A stretch of DNA of 64,000 nucleotides, taken from contig NW_021833698.1 of the NCBI RefSeq assembly GCF_006345805.1, positions 17,642 through 81,641 of the forward strand. Reading direction: 5' to 3'. The stretch comes from Octopus sinensis. Its lineage: Eukaryota. Below, one piece after another: positions 12,900 through 28,734 of this stretch (position 1 is its first letter; each line of letters begins with the position of its first letter). The position numbers and the translations under genes are program-made. A model generated the notes under the pieces. The model made no database searches. It saw only the letters and a list, made by a program, of their open reading frames with translations, and was not told the DNA's origin.

Positions 12900-15800
12900 C
12901 TTCCCCAGATGGCGTGTGAATGAATAAAGTGTTGAAAAAATACTAACAGAATTATTCTTGGCGTTCAAAATCACGACAGAACGTATTTTATAAATTTCCG
13001 GCTAATGGAGGGGTCTCTTTCTGTTTGTAACGTGTAGCTTAATCCGGTTGTATTTCCTGTTATAATTCCCCAGGTAAAATTTGTTCCATTGATGGCATTT
13101 AGACATTATTTCCGTTCCTTTGTATAAATATCGTTTTGCTGTGATACGATATTTTTCCGTAGCACGGATTTTTCAATTCGCTCTATTCATTACGTATGGT
13201 ACAGTATCTTAGATAATTGACCAGAATATATCGAAATCATTCAATTTCTATAGAAAAAAAAGCGGTCAATGCTGTGTCTTTCAGTGCATTGTTTTCTTCA
13301 GCCAAGTCGGTCTAGGTGTACACCTCCTTCCGGTGCTATTGACTATTCGTGTTTCCTTGCCCTCATTCCTAGACGTAGACTTTTGATTGAAGAAACACTA
13401 TTTAAAGTGCTTTTGCTCGTGCCGATATACCATTTTTTCCTTTATCACTCCCCACGTACCTTAGTTTTGTAGGTAATTACTGTGCTTAAACAATCATTAT
13501 TAAATAAATATTTCCCTAAGTCAAGTTATTTCATACAGCTGAATAGGTTTCATTCTTATTGTCTTTTAGCAGACTTTACATTAATTCGCCGTCGAAATTG
13601 TTTCGTACAGTTGTAGCTAACCTTCATCAAATAACAAACGGTTATTTGCAACTGGTTGGGAAGTGTTTTCTGACACAGAATATAAAATATTGACCTTCCC
13701 GCCATTCCACATTTTTGCTGAATAACGAAGTTATGCTAGATAAGCTTCAAAACTGTAACGATATATACACAATCGGAGACCTTTTCAAAGCCAGCAAAAG
13801 TTATTATTAAAGTGCCTGAATTCCAAGTATGAGTAAGAATATCTGGTTACTACAACTTCGCGATCAACGAAAGCCTGCTTTTTTCCCCTTAGTATACTCT
13901 CCAATGCAATCTGTAATCCTATTCTGCATAACTGAACTGAACTAATGTTACAGTTATACCTGTCCAGTTTTCATACTCTATGATATCTCTCTGTTAGGAA
14001 TGTGTTAAATTCTTCTCCAAACTTCTAATCTGCAGATACGTGTTCTGCCTTCCATATATTACGAAATAGCACCAATAATACTTATGCGGTCAACGTATTT
14101 ATCTGTTTACAGTATTTCTCCTGTAATTCCCTCCAACCGGGGTCATTTTGATTTTTAATTGCTCACTGGCTCTTGTCATTTCTTCTACAGATATTTTGCG
14201 TTCAACCATATTCGGCACCTCTTGTGGTTCAGGAATTACCAGAGCATTTCTTCCATTCAACGCCTTGTTCAGGATTCTGTTAAAATGGTCTTTCCATTTT
14301 CCACGGATTTTTACATCCAATGTTTTTAGATTCGAACCCATCCACATCGATATTAAACACAAGTAATCTTTTTGATTAATTTACATTGCTTGTAATATTA
14401 TTTATTATTTCATCGGGTTTTTCTGATCCCCCTATTATCTCCCCCATTGACTAACTTAACTGCTTCATCAATTTTTACTTTGAAGAATCTCCTTTTATCT
14501 CTTCCTAAACACATTTTCACCTCTGTTGCAACTCCAATATTTAGTTTTCTACTTTAAAGTCTATTCTTATTCCCTCTTCAATTTTCAGCAATTCATTTTG
14601 GTTCCTTTCGTGCCTCAATAATTTCTCATGTTTCATCTGAAATCCATTTCCCTTTTATCTTTCTTCTCCCTAGAAAATTTTGGCTAGATTCTGGTGCTGC
14701 ATTTCCTTTACATTTTTCCATGTATGCACCATTGATTCCTATAACAATTCACTTCATAGCTTCCAACACCACACATCGATTTCAATTTACAAATTCTCTT
14801 ATTCTATCATCCTTTAATTTTTCTACACCAAACTTAGTAACCCCTTCCTTTTTTGATTTAACCTAAAGCTTTAATTAAATAGTCCCTCTTACTAACTAAT
14901 GGTCATTTACAGCATCTGCACTTCGATATGTTCAAACATTTAGAAGTGATTTATTATGTTACCGATTTATCAAATTACGATTTATATGATTACAAACTTT
15001 TCTTTTTTTGGATATGCCTATGTATATCACTGAAAATCCTAGTTGTTTAAAGAACTTACTTCCTATGATGAAACTGTTCGGTGTAGAGAGGCTGATCAAT
15101 CTAACCTCATTTTCATTAATATCTCCAAGCTTATGTAGATCCATTGTTTGTTTCATACCTCGTTACATCGTTATTACTCTCCGCTTTATGCATTTAGATC
15201 ACCAGTTACAATTTTTATGTGTCTTGATGTGATGTTATCAATTCCCTCTTGTTACAGTCGGTTGAAAGAATTTTTCCTTTTATCATCTGCTTTATTTATC
15301 CGGGTATAGCAAACAATAATATTGATGTTATATAACTCAGCTTTTAAGCTATTACTTAAAAGTTTCTATTGAAATAATGAGCTTCAAAACATTTTATTCA
15401 TAATCTTGCAGACTTAGTTACAGCCCATATTAATTTCTCTTGTGGTCGAAAGCGTGTAGCCATCCCTTGCCATAATTTGATCTATCTCTCCAAGTCTAGT
15501 TTCTCTTAGAGCTAACAGATCAAATTTGCTTTGCTCCATGTTCAAACATTACATGCTTCAACACATGTTTTAGTAATACATTTAAAACCGAGATATCTTT
15601 AGAATTTCTGTTTCCTCGGAATTTGTGGTTTTCATTACTTTCAAAATTCGTTGGCTACATGCCACAGAAGTGAAGCCATCATCACGGTAGATGCCGCTTT
15701 CAGTCTCAAGTAGATGATATTTTTGTCAAAATAGGTTTACACCAAATAAGCTACCTAAAACATATCACTGGTAACTTTATTGGTACCACCCCACTGTCGA
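12900..15800 (-). mobile_element. Decayed RTE-like LINE (apurinic endonuclease and reverse transcriptase remnants)
   Basis: Minus-strand fragments: MEQSKFDLLALRETR (endonuclease start, about 15540), LGDINENEVRLISLSTPNSFIIGSKFF (endonuclease), KWKDHFNRILN...ISVEEMTRASEQLK, and a QAGFR-like codon run (gcaggctttcg) near 13880. Many stops and frameshifts. Confidence 0.75.
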
Positions 15801-16149
15801 TTCCAGGTCTATTTTAGCAAGCTAAGACTGCCCATTATCGCGTTTATAATATTACGGTAAAGACACGAAACAACTGAAATGGATTAACTACGACTGGCGA
15901 ACATTTTTGTTACATACACACACACACAAATAGATACAAACACATACACTCACGCACGCACACATATGTATATTTTCAATATATGTATTTATATCTACAC
16001 ACACGCGCATATATAAATATATACATGTGTGTGCACGTGTGCATGAATATAATGAGAAGGAAATAATAAGGCCCCTGACCTCTGCAGGCCTTTCAGACTT
16101 CTAATGCAGAACTTTAATAGATTTAAAGTATGGCGAAGGGCGTAGGAAG

Positions 16150-16470
16150 AGAGAGTGAGTGAGTAAGTGAGTGACTGGGTGACTGAGTGACTAAGTGAGT
16201 GACTGAGTGACTGAATAAGTGAGTGAGTGACTGAGTGACTGAATGAATAAGTGAGTGAGTGACTGACTGACTGACTGACTCATTGAGTGACTGAGAGACT
16301 GAGTGAGTGAATAAGTGACTGAGTGACTGAGTGACTGAGTGAGTGAATAAGTCAGTGACTGACTGACTGACTGAGTAAGTGAATAAGTGAGTGAGTGAGT
16401 TGAGTGACTGACTGACTGATTGAGTGAGTGACTAAGTGACTGAGTGACTGAGTGAGTGAGAGAGAGAAAG
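16150..16470. repeat. Compound (TGAG/TGAC)n tetranucleotide microsatellite
   Basis: Direct reading of gagtgagtgactgagtgact arrays. Confidence 0.95.
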
Positions 16471-16664
16471 AGAGTTATCAAGTGGACCTGGTATGCAAAT
16501 AACGTACACAGAAAACAACCAGTTTTAGTTCCATGTCGTAAGAATAAATGAACACAGCTGAAATGCTTCCTGAAAACACTCTGACGTAGATTTCATGAAT
16601 CTTAAATAGCTGGCAGATTGTCTCCAGTTATGAGGAAACGGTGAACACGATGTGTATGCATTTA

Positions 16665-17203
<539 letters not shown>

Positions 17204-17744
17204 GAAATCAATGGTAAACTCTTTCGCTGCAATTTTGCCAACACCATGTCTTCTCAAAAAGGTTGCACTTGAAAACACTAAACATGGACGACGAAGTAAA
17301 CAGTTACTATTCAGAAAGTTATTTTGACTTTACAGTTAGTATTTAATCTTTGTTCAGTGCGTGTTTAGTGTACACGAGTACAGAAGCCTATAAAACGAGT
17401 AGTTTTATATTTTGGCCTTGTACATATATGCCTACGTACTTATGTACAGATGTATGCAACCAGATAAATAGACGGATTAACTAGATAAATTTACTGTGTA
17501 CTAAATCATGGCAGGTATACACAAACATGCATAATCACATACATACCACACGTGCTTGTATGTGTGTGTGCGTGCGTGCACAAATGCATACGTATGTCTG
17601 TGTACGTATATATACATATATATATATATATATATACAGATATGCACACATATATACATACATGTCTCTGTGTGTGTACGTGGTGCTATATATATATATA
17701 TATATATATATACACTATATTATTAAAGCTGCAAAAACATCACG

Positions 17745-17784
17745 ACTGCCCGACCAACGGGAACGTGAAACTCTGAGTAGCAGT
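17745..17784 (+). ncRNA. Hammerhead-like motif, group H2 (CCGA core, G8 mutated), in an element at 17718-17885
   Basis: actgc-CCGACCA-ACG ggaa CGT-GAAAC-TCTGA-GTA-gcagt. Helix I has 5 perfect pairs and can extend by pairing tattaaagctgcaaaaacatcac with gtgatatttttgc...gcagctttaata. Helix III is the palindrome ACTC(T)GAGT. Confidence 0.55.
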
Positions 17785-17904
17785 TTTTTGTGATATTTTT
17801 GCGATGTTTTCTGCAGCTTTAATAATAAAGCATATTAGTATACCTCCGGTATTCGAGTACTATTTTCTACCACCCTGCTTCACAGTAATGTGCTTACTCT
17901 GAAA

Positions 17905-17952
<48 letters not shown>

Positions 17953-18038
17953 CATGTATATGCATATATACATACTTATATATATACATACATGCATATA
18001 TATACATATACATATATATACATATATATGCATTTACA

Positions 18039-18400
18039 GTGGCTGTGTGGTAAGTAGCTTGCTAACCAACCACACGGTTGCGGGTTCAGTCCCACTGCGT
18101 GGCATCTTGGGCAAGTGTCTTCTGCTATAGCCCCGGGCCGACCAATGCCTTGTGAGTGGATTTGGTAGACGGAAACTGAAAGAAGCCTGTCGTATATATG
18201 TATATATATATGTATATGTGTGTGTGTTTGTGTGTCTGTGTTTGTCCCCCTAGCATTGCTTGACAACCGATGCTGGTGTGTTTAGGTCCCCGTCACTTAG
18301 CGGTTCGGCAAAAAGAGACCGATAGAATAAGTACTAAAAGGTGGTGCTCCAGCATGGCCGCAGTCAAATGACTGAAACAAGTAAAAGAGTAAAAGAGTAA
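18039..18400 (+). mobile_element. SINE-A, full length
   Basis: Head gtggctgtgtggtaagtagcttg through tail ggtggtgctccagcatggccgcagtcaaatgactgaaacaagtaaaaga. Confidence 0.9.
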
Positions 18401-18699
18401 GAGTATATATGTATATATATATATATACCTTTATATATATATACATATACATATATATGCATATACAAATATATACATTTACATACATGTATATTTATAT
18501 AGATATATACATACACGCTATGTACACGCACGCACGCACACACACATATGCATACGTTGTACATAAGTACGTATGTATGTGTATGTATGTGTTTCTATAT
18601 GTATACTCTACAAATGCCATGTTATAATAATATTTAGCTAATTTATTTAGCTAATCCATGTATTTATTCGTTCCCAGTCTGTGTACTTATATATCCAGA

Positions 18700-19330
18700 T
18701 ACGCATACATATATCTCGGAACAAGCATCAGTCATCCAATAGATTATGTTTTGTACCGACATGTACCATTCTGATCAAATTAATGAAATGCATTTTTATT
18801 CGTTCTCTTACGGAACATTGTATGGCTTTTCTGAGAATATTCAATGATTAAAGCGAAAATATCTCGAATACAATTGATCCACCAGCCATGGGCAATTAAA
18901 AGGCACTTGCCTTTGGTAGTCTGAATAATACCAGTTTTATAGGGTTGCTTGATTGGTCATAAATGCTTGTGTCCCTTCTGGGGTTTCTGTATTATAAAGT
19001 TTTATTTCATTATGTAATTATATCTGTTGGCCCCTTTGATTTTTTTTTTCAATCACACAAAATCGATGTTAAAGTTCCCATGTATTGTATTTCGTCTTTA
19101 TAATTATTTTTACTGCATATTTTTACTGCACAACTGAGCCCATTTCTGTGTACCTTGGGTATGTACAATGTTTTGCTTTCGTTCTCTGATGTCTATTATG
19201 TATTGTGCCGTGCTATTTTCTGTATATCCTATATAAGTTAAACCCTGTGGTTTTGATTATACAGTGGTATCATTTTCAATAATTCCCAGAGCAGCTAACA
19301 TGTTAGGGATTGTTTATGTTTTCAATCCAA
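18700..19330 (-). pseudogene. Possible decayed Penelope-like reverse transcriptase fragment
   Basis: Minus strand KLVLFRLPK...LPMAGGS loosely resembles PLE xFYxLPKIHK..RPIxAG. Heavily disrupted. Confidence 0.3.
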
Positions 19331-19669
19331 ACATTCTGGTTAGATCTACATCCAGTTATCTATACTGAGATAATTTTCTCCGCTTCTTCTCAGAAAATGC
19401 TATGTAAGAAAGTCTTTAAAATATTTACACGTTCTAACATATCGTTATTTTCTAGAACGTACCTATGCCTATCCTTATAGGTAATCTGATAATATCATTG
19501 CAGAAATATGTGTGTGACACAGTATTTGTGTCAATTATAAACAGCAATAAAATATCAGCATAGTTTGTATGAAATATTGTCGGATATATATATATGTATA
19601 TTATGTTTTCAGTTATTTTTTATAATGTCAAAACAATACAAGTTATAAAAATTAATCTTTTCTATGATA

Positions 19670-19840
19670 AGAACAAGGCCTGCGATTTTGTGGGAGGGGG
19701 CTAGTCGATTACATCTACCCCAGTACTCAATGGTACTTATTTTATCTACCCCGAAAAGCAAAGTCGACATCGGCGAAATTTGAATTCAGAACATAAAAAC
19801 TGACGAAATGCCGTGCAACCGATTCTGCCAGCTCGCCTCA
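19670..19840 (-). mobile_element. SINE-B
   Basis: aaagtcgacatcggcgaaatttgaattcagaac...ttctgccagctcgcc. Confidence 0.75.
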
Positions 19841-19965
19841 TATTTGTTTGTACTTTTACCTTGTATTTCAATCGTTCAAGATTAGGACTCCTTCTTCAGG
19901 AAACTTTCAATGGGATAGAGCTGTGAGCTGACTCCTTTGTTCTGTGGTTTGTATAAGGTATTGTA

Positions 19966-20198
19966 TAACGTGTTCAAAAGTCTCTCCGCAGTAAGTATTT
20001 TATGGTTTTCGGGTGATTCTTCTACACTGATCCTTTCCTTGCTCCCCAGAAAAAAAAATCTAGCGGTGTTAAATCAGGTGATCTTGGTAGCCAAATTCCC
20101 TTCGAAATAATCCGCTCACCGAAAACTCTTGAAGTAGCGTCTTGGTGATGCGAAGGATGAAGAAAATTCACCGCGGAGAGACTTTTTTGAACACACTG
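19966..20198 (-). mobile_element. Tc1/mariner-derived MITE (deletion derivative)
   Basis: Inverted ends gtgttcaaaagtctctccgc and gcggagagacttttttgaacacactg with TA flanks. Internal minus strand encodes WLPRSPDLTPLDFF, matching the WPPRSPDLTPxDFFLWG motif. Confidence 0.85.
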
Positions 20199-20452
20199 TA
20201 TTTAATTGTTTAATTCAACGGTTAATTCAATATATTTTGTTTAACTTTTCAGTTCGCTTATGCACACTGCTTCAGTTATTTAGCAACACTATCTCAATAC
20301 TTAGCATACTGTTATCCCTTTTGTCATAGAGAATAATTGTATCATATTATCTCCTGTGATCTAACAGAAATTCATATCACATCAAATACTGACTGATGTG
20401 TAACATTAGGCATTTCTATATCACAGTATATCAATCTATTCTATTCCTAAGT

Positions 20453-20790
20453 GCCACCTTCTCTCAGTAGGCCACCTTCTCTCAGTGCCACCTTCTCTCA
20501 GTATCAAGAATCTCGATTTAGGTTGTCTAAGAACCAGGATCCAAAATATGTGCAGTTATGTACGTGGCAGGCTGACAATTCTTTTCAAAGATGCTGGCCA
20601 CGTGTCAACAATTCCATCAAGAGAGTTCTTTAGATGTGTCTTACATCTTGCTGTCACGCCTTCTGATTCATTGACCATATTGGGTTTTTGCCATTTCTGT
20701 TTTCGTACACATAAGGGCGATGTCCTCAGTACTGTAATTCTTCCGAGTTTGCTGGTACCTACTACTTAGTTATGCTCACTTACCAAAGTA
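20453..20790 (-). mobile_element. Possible R4/Dong-type LINE 3' fragment with a 3x 16-bp tandem tail
   Basis: Minus strand TAHIL..VL* resembles the R4/Dong ORF end. gccaccttctctcagt occurs at 20453, 20471 and 20487. Confidence 0.45.
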
Positions 20791-21174
20791 AGGTACCGTG
20801 ATGTGGACGTGGCCGTCGGTGTGCACTACAAACTTCTGGGTGCCAGAAGTGAGAGTCATGAAGTAACTGAAGGCCAATTCTCTTGTCCACATCTAAAGGT
20901 TAAAAAAAAGGGTGCTAGGCTTTATTTTTACGCTTTACACCAAAGATTACAGTTTATCAATCACATTGTCGCTTTCTAAGATAAGTGCTGGTTTACATGA
21001 AGATCAAAGAACTTTATCGCGAAGCACGCAACAGCCAATATTTTGTGTCCAAGTATATTTTGTCGGCGCTCGTTAAAGATTTTGTTAAAATACGATGTAT
21101 TTTGCCGGAAAGTACGCCACACAGACGACTTTATTCCACACTGGAGACGAAATTGTAAATATCCCATTCTTTTA

Positions 21175-22302
<1,128 letters not shown>

Positions 22303-22350
22303 AGAATACTTGTGAATTAGAAGGGTTAGTGAGCAACTGTAATATCTGCT

Positions 22351-22404
<54 letters not shown>

Positions 22405-22499
22405 CGCTATAATCCCGTTTCACCTTCTTTTCACAGTCAGTCTGCAAGCTCAATCTATGGGTGCCAGGCTTACTTACATAGTTTCTTTTATTTCTTTAT

Positions 22500-22845
22500 C
22501 TTTTATTTTTTTTTATCTGTTTCGGTTATTGATTGCAGCCATGTTGTATCGCCGCTTTCAAGAGATTTTAGTCAAATACACAGAACCTTGTGCTTATACC
22601 ATTAGTTTCTTTTGCCACACTGCAAAGTTACGGTGACGTAAACTAACCAACACTGGTTGTCTAGCGGCGGCAGGACAAACACACACACACACACTCACAC
22701 ACACACACAGGTCTACAAAATCCACTTACAAGGCTTTGGCTAGCCCAGGACTATAGTAGAAGACACTTGCCCAACGTGTAGTGCAGTGGGACACTAAATC
22801 CGAAACCATATAGTTGACCAGCAACCTTCTTTCCACCCAGCCATG
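22500..22845 (-). mobile_element. SINE-A, diverged
   Basis: gcagccatg...gacgtaaactaacc...ggactatagtagaagacacttgcccaa. Confidence 0.7.
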
Positions 22846-22999
22846 TTTTATAGTATGGAATATCTTCTACTACAGACCCGAACCGGCCAAAGCCTTGTAA
22901 GTGGATTTAGTTGACAGAAATATATACATAGAACGTACAACTTTAGAATATCTATTAATTGTCCCTTGAGGGGCCTTTGTCTACTTTATAACATTGTAT

Positions 23000-24155
23000 A
23001 TAAATGTATAGTAACCACAACACATGTTATCTCAAGAACTTACTTTGGATTATCGATCGCTGATTCCTTGCACAAATTACTCCTTCTGGAGCACTAACTG
23101 TAAACAATCTTCTCCCCTTGCCACCTATACTCGCTAGCTCAAAGAGGAGGGCATTCTTTATGACATTTCCTGGTTTATAATTGATTTTGGAATACCGTAA
23201 ATAGGAAGTTGACCACCATGTCTTTTATGCTGCCGTGAGTCCATCAAAAAATTTCGTGAGAATGAAGGCCTCGCCGTTAATAGGTTCTAAGATGTAATTT
23301 CTTCCTGTAGCCATCAATATTACAAAACTCTTTCATATTGCTATGAATCATTATGTTCTAACGGAATTGGTTTTTCGTATTCACCTCTCTTCCTTTTCGC
23401 CTTTAGCACACTTATTCCTTAATACTCACCCTCCACTGAACTTCTCTTATCTATTGCACTTCGAGAATTTCTCGTCCTTTACAGACACCGACTCGCTCTT
23501 TCCCTCATCTCTTCCCTCTGTTATTAATTCGCCAATATGTCTACTTGCCTCGACTTTCCAACTCCCGTATTACTAATTTCGCTCTATTTGACTCATACAT
23601 TTTACAATGCTTATATTTTGACCCAGATAGTGTTTCTATAATATTTTTGTTACCCCCGCCTCACCCCCACTGCCGGTTTGCTATTATTAATTCGTTGGTT
23701 TTTCTTTCAGAACTAACATACCGAGTTCCATTTCTCTCACTTTTAATTTTATAGCCATTGAATTGCTTTTCAACTGCTCTCCTTTGCTTCTTTTATCAAT
23801 GTTTGTTATATCTTGTTCTGATAGCTGAACATCTTATATTAATCGATTCCTCCTCTACACCCCCTCTACTTTCCTTCCTTCCTCCGTCCCTAGCTTTATA
23901 CTTATGATAATTCCTACTCTACTTCCCTCTAGCTTTCCAATTTATAGAACTTACATATATTTATATACATTACCTCTACAATCCAAATGCCCGGCTCTTG
24001 TGAAGAGGTTATCGAAATTTAGCTGCACAGTGTTATCAAAATCCTTGATCGTTGATACTTTTATCTACAACATTGACTCGGTATTGGACTTCATTGCATA
24101 ATATATATAGTTTTTATATCAACAGTTATCGATTGTACGAAACAGCTGTAAGAAA
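23000..24155 (-). pseudogene. Decayed Penelope-like element (RT remnant) with a partial H1 ribozyme half-site at 24139-24153 on the opposite strand
   Basis: Minus strand GQLPIYGIPK/INYKPGNV (frameshifted) resembles PLE PxLYGLPKIHKPG. cgaaacagctgtaaga is present at 24138 on the plus strand. Confidence 0.4.
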
Positions 24156-24457
24156 AAAACTTCTCTACATTATATAAATTCTATGTGCAACTTTCCATAA
24201 AAATACATTCCTTATGCTTATTGTTATTTGCCTATCCTTCTAATAACATTACCTCTCCAGGATGATCGTACTTAGAGCCGAGTCACTACATCCAGGCTAG
24301 AGCTGAGGAAGAAGACCAAGTGTAATATTCGACTTCCTCTTAGCAATACTTGACGACTATCTTAATCATGCTTACATAAACATTTTATAACCCATTCTTA
24401 GTATTTACACATACACACATATACGCTTAACACACGCACATGTATATATGTATAATA

Positions 24458-24533
<76 letters not shown>

Positions 24534-24659
24534 TATATATATACAATATATATATATTATTAATACATAAAACAAATAAAAAATAAACATATGCTATGCG
24601 TTCGAGTTTCGTTTCTCCCAAAGAAAGGTAATATAATATTAAGATTTAATTATATATCT

Positions 24660-24802
24660 TTCGTATTATTATTATTATTATTATTATTATATTATTATTA
24701 TTATATTTTATTATTATTATTATTATTATTATTATCATTATTATTATTATTATCATCATTATTATTATCATTATTATCATTACTATTATTCTTGTTATAT
24801 TA

Positions 24803-24872
<70 letters not shown>

Positions 24873-25050
24873 CATTATTATTATTATTATCTCATTATTA
24901 TTATCATTATTATCATTACTATTATTCTTGTTATTATTATCATTATTATTTATTATTATTATTATTATTATATTATTATTATTTTATTATTATTATTATT
25001 TTATTATTATTATTATCATCATCATCATCTTCATCATCATTATTATGATT
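24660..25050. repeat. (TTA/TCA)n trinucleotide microsatellite
   Basis: Direct reading. Confidence 0.95.
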
Positions 25051-25411
25051 ACTATTTTCTTTCGCCACCATTGTGTATTGGTCTTATTGCTTTTTTTTCT
25101 TTTCCGTAGGCCTGGTGGCGAGAGGTGGGGTGGTGGTGGTGGTGGTGGTGGTGGTGGTGGGGAGAGATGATTGTTTTTTCTGTTTATTTCTGCTTTGTTG
25201 CAACCTAATCTAGAATTGATAAGAAGAATACATGGTTATATTTTAAAATTAAGTGTGAATAACGCAGACAGAAATGACAGACAAATGATATGCACGTACA
25301 TAAATATTTGTAGACATACACAGACTTGCATATATATATATACGCACACATAAACATATGTGTGTATGTGTATACGTATATACGCTTATATATAAGTTGT
25401 TTCATACGTAT

Positions 25412-25456
<45 letters not shown>

Positions 25457-25464
25457 TTACATAT

Positions 25465-25518
<54 letters not shown>

Positions 25519-26037
25519 GTGGTGTGGTGTGTGTGTGTGTGTTTGTGTGGTGTGTGTAGGTAGGTAGGTATGAAAAAGTATGACAAAGCGATTGGCTGAT
25601 GCAAATAATATATACGTTGAATATGATATATTGATTATGCAAATAATGCAGTTCTAGTGATGGCTTCTTTTTTTTTTTTTCAAAGAAAAAAAAACTTACA
25701 TAATCGATGGCCATGGGAAATTGATTATTTTGATCACAGAACACATTTGTATACATACATAAATATTTATGTATACATACATAAGTACCCACATATGTGT
25801 ACATATGTGTATATATACATATATATATGCGTGTGCATGTGTGTGTGTATGTTTATACATATATATTTGTATATTGATATGTATATACATATGCATATTT
25901 GTTTATACAAATATACATGTATTTTATGTACGTGGTAAATATATATACATATACTTATATATGCGTATACACACACATGAATATATATTATATATACTTA
26001 CATGTGTTTATTCATTTATAAAATATATTCATATATA

Positions 26038-26084
<47 letters not shown>

Positions 26085-26803
26085 GCTCGTGTGTGTAACC
26101 AGCAATAAACTAGAACCCCTTAAACACGTATTATCCTTGCGAGAATAAGAACCCCTTTGAAGGGCAATCACGCAATAACAATGTGTGGTATAGTATACAG
26201 AACAAAACCTGTATAATCCAAGAAACTTTGAACAAGTTCAACCCTACGATGACTAGTATTCCAAAGAAGGAAATATCATAACCCCAAGAACACAAAATAC
26301 AAAAGAGTACATAGCCAACAAGCGTGTCAAATTTATGCACTCATCATCAGCTGCTTAACGGACGTCGTTTTGGTTTTGACACCTGTGCAGTACTATTCAA
26401 ACTGGCGATGTTAACAGCGTTAAGAATATAAACGCGACCAAGGATATTATCAAACAAAAAGTAGGACCGAAGCATTCGTACAATGTCTTCATTACGTTTG
26501 CAACTGCTAGCTATTACAAAAAACATATACAAACATCAGACATCAAACATTTATCATTTCATACATAAAGCTGCGAAGAACAGAATCTTTTTTAAATGCA
26601 ACAGTGTATATATGTCTGTATATCAAAAGTAGGAGAACAAGGTTTTTAACAGTTCTTTGTTTCCTCTGAGTTTCTTGATGCAGTATTGCAAAACAACAGT
26701 TTTCTTTTGACTGTAAAAGCAAAATGCTGTATAGAGGGGGCGGGGATGCGAAACGCGCAGTTAAAGATTGTTGAAATTTAACATCTGGTACTTACTATAT
26801 TGT

Positions 26804-27070
26804 GGATGCTCATGGCCTAGTGGTTAGAGCAACGGACTCGGGGTCGAGGGATCGCAGGCTCCAATCTCAGACCGGGCGATGAATGTGTTTATGAGCGAAA
26901 CACCTAAGTTCCACGCGGCTCTGGCAGAAGGTAATGGCGAACGTCTGCTGACTCTTTCGCCACAACTTTCTCTCACTCTTTCTTCCTTTCTGCATCTTAC
27001 AGCTCACCTGCGCCGGACCGGCGTCCCATCCAGGTGGGGAACCTATACATCAAGGAAACCGGGAAACTTT
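26804..27070 (+). mobile_element. SINE-C variant with an alternative 3' tail
   Basis: tggcctagtgg A-box; core gagcgaaacacctaagttccacgcggctctggcag...ctctttcgccacaactttctctcac; tail ggcgtcccatccaggtggggaacc. Confidence 0.8.
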
Positions 27071-27181
27071 TTATGTGCTGCGTACCATCTCATCACGCCT
27101 AAATATATGTATATGTATGTATATGTGAATGTATATAGACAGACAGATCGATCGATCGATAGATAGATAGGTAGATAGATC

Positions 27182-27254
<73 letters not shown>

Positions 27255-27999
27255 AGAGAGAGAGTTAGATAGATATGGGTATAGATATAGATATAGATAC
27301 GTATGTATGTGTGTCTGTGCTTTGGGAAAGGCATATATTATAGGTAATGTGTGAAGCTAAGCTATGTATATAATGTCCAGTAATGTTTTGAAAATTCCAT
27401 GATTGTTCTTCCCTTAGATATTTTAATTAAGAGTTTGTTTTTTTATTACCTGATTCCTCTGTATTCTGTAGAATGGCAAATACTTTTAGGCAAAGTATAA
27501 TATAATAGACAAGAAAGTTGAAACACTTTAGCAGCAAATTTAAATTTGTTAGACTTAAACATAAATCATAAATAATATAATAGACAATAGAAATGTGAGT
27601 ATCTTATGAACAAAATGGATAAACTAAATATCAATACACTGATTGATCATTGCATCATTTTATTCTTTTGTCTATTTCGGCAATCTGTACTGGAATGACA
27701 TTTTGAATTTCTTAACAGAAATTGTAACACATTTCTTTGTTTGACAATTCCTTTTACAAAACTATTTGACACATCTCACCCAAATTTCGCTTGATTATAT
27801 TACACCTGACCTGAGCGAGATTAGTTTGTCTGTAGTGATGTCTTCCTTTTCTAATAAAGGCATCTTACACGCAGAAAACAGTAAACTAGCAATGAATTGT
27901 TTAAGACTGCTTAGGCTTGGACCTTAATCAACCGAGACAGATTTCCCTGATGGTCATCGATGATGACAGCAAAATAATGTTTTGTTATAAACACAAGGC

Positions 28000-28190
28000 T
28001 TGAAATATTTCGGGAAGGAGCCAGTTGATTACGTCGACACTAGGATCCAACTAGTCCTTGTTTTGACAACTCCGAAAGAATAAAAGGTAAAGTTGACACC
28101 GGCAGCATTTGAAATCAGAACGTAAAGCCAAAAGGAAAGCCTTGAAGAATTTTGTTCGGTGTGCTAACGATTCTGCTAGCTCGTCAGCCG
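28000..28190 (-). mobile_element. SINE-B, diverged
   Basis: aaggtaaagttgacaccggcagcatttgaaatcagaacg...gattctgctagctcg. Confidence 0.6.
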
Positions 28191-28468
28191 TGATGCAGAC
28201 CAAAATAATGCTAGTGACTTCACGTTCGATGTCACGTTCGGAATAGAACTCAATACGCTGGTAATAGGCTGGAAGCTGAATGTATGTAGACATCCGAAAA
28301 ACATCAAGTGTGGTTTCTTATTTTTGTGAAACTTTTGATAATCAATTTCTTATCGAACTGTGAATACACATGTGCACGCACACGCACACACATGTACGTA
28401 CACACATACACACTCACACACAACCCCTACACCCCCACACCTATACGTAAGTATGTATGCATATATAT

Positions 28469-28525
<57 letters not shown>

Positions 28526-28571
28526 TATATAGCTCCTACACGCATTTTTTCTCCTTGTTTTTTTCTATGTA

Positions 28572-28609
28572 TCTTTCTGTCGAAGAGCGTAGGCTCGAAA
28601 AGTAAAAGA
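28572..28609 (+). ncRNA. Hammerhead-like motif, group H3, in an element at about 28533-28710
   Basis: tcttt-CTGTCGA-A-GAGC-GTAG-GCTC-GAAAA-GTA-aaaga. Helix I has 5 pairs and helix II 4 pairs; C15.2 is mutated to A. Confidence 0.55.
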
Positions 28610-28734
28610 CTTGTTCTATTTCTATTCCTGAGCGCCATACTAATACATTTGTTTGTTTGTACTCCACCTGCCTTCGTCTTTTGTTTATTTTCATAAACCT
28701 TCCCGTTATATATATATATGAATAGATGATATTT

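Noticed and set aside
15760-15900. HDV-like ribozyme expected at an RTE 5' end
   Set aside because: No nested double-pseudoknot pairing could be identified in the decayed sequence.
19845-19895. Further weak hammerhead-like strings (CTGAAGA..GAAA on minus here; CTGATGA on minus at about 26325-26352; TGACGA..CGAAA on minus at about 63925-63955; CTGAGGA at about 24303)
   Set aside because: Several core or helix positions are broken, so they are indistinguishable from chance by eye.
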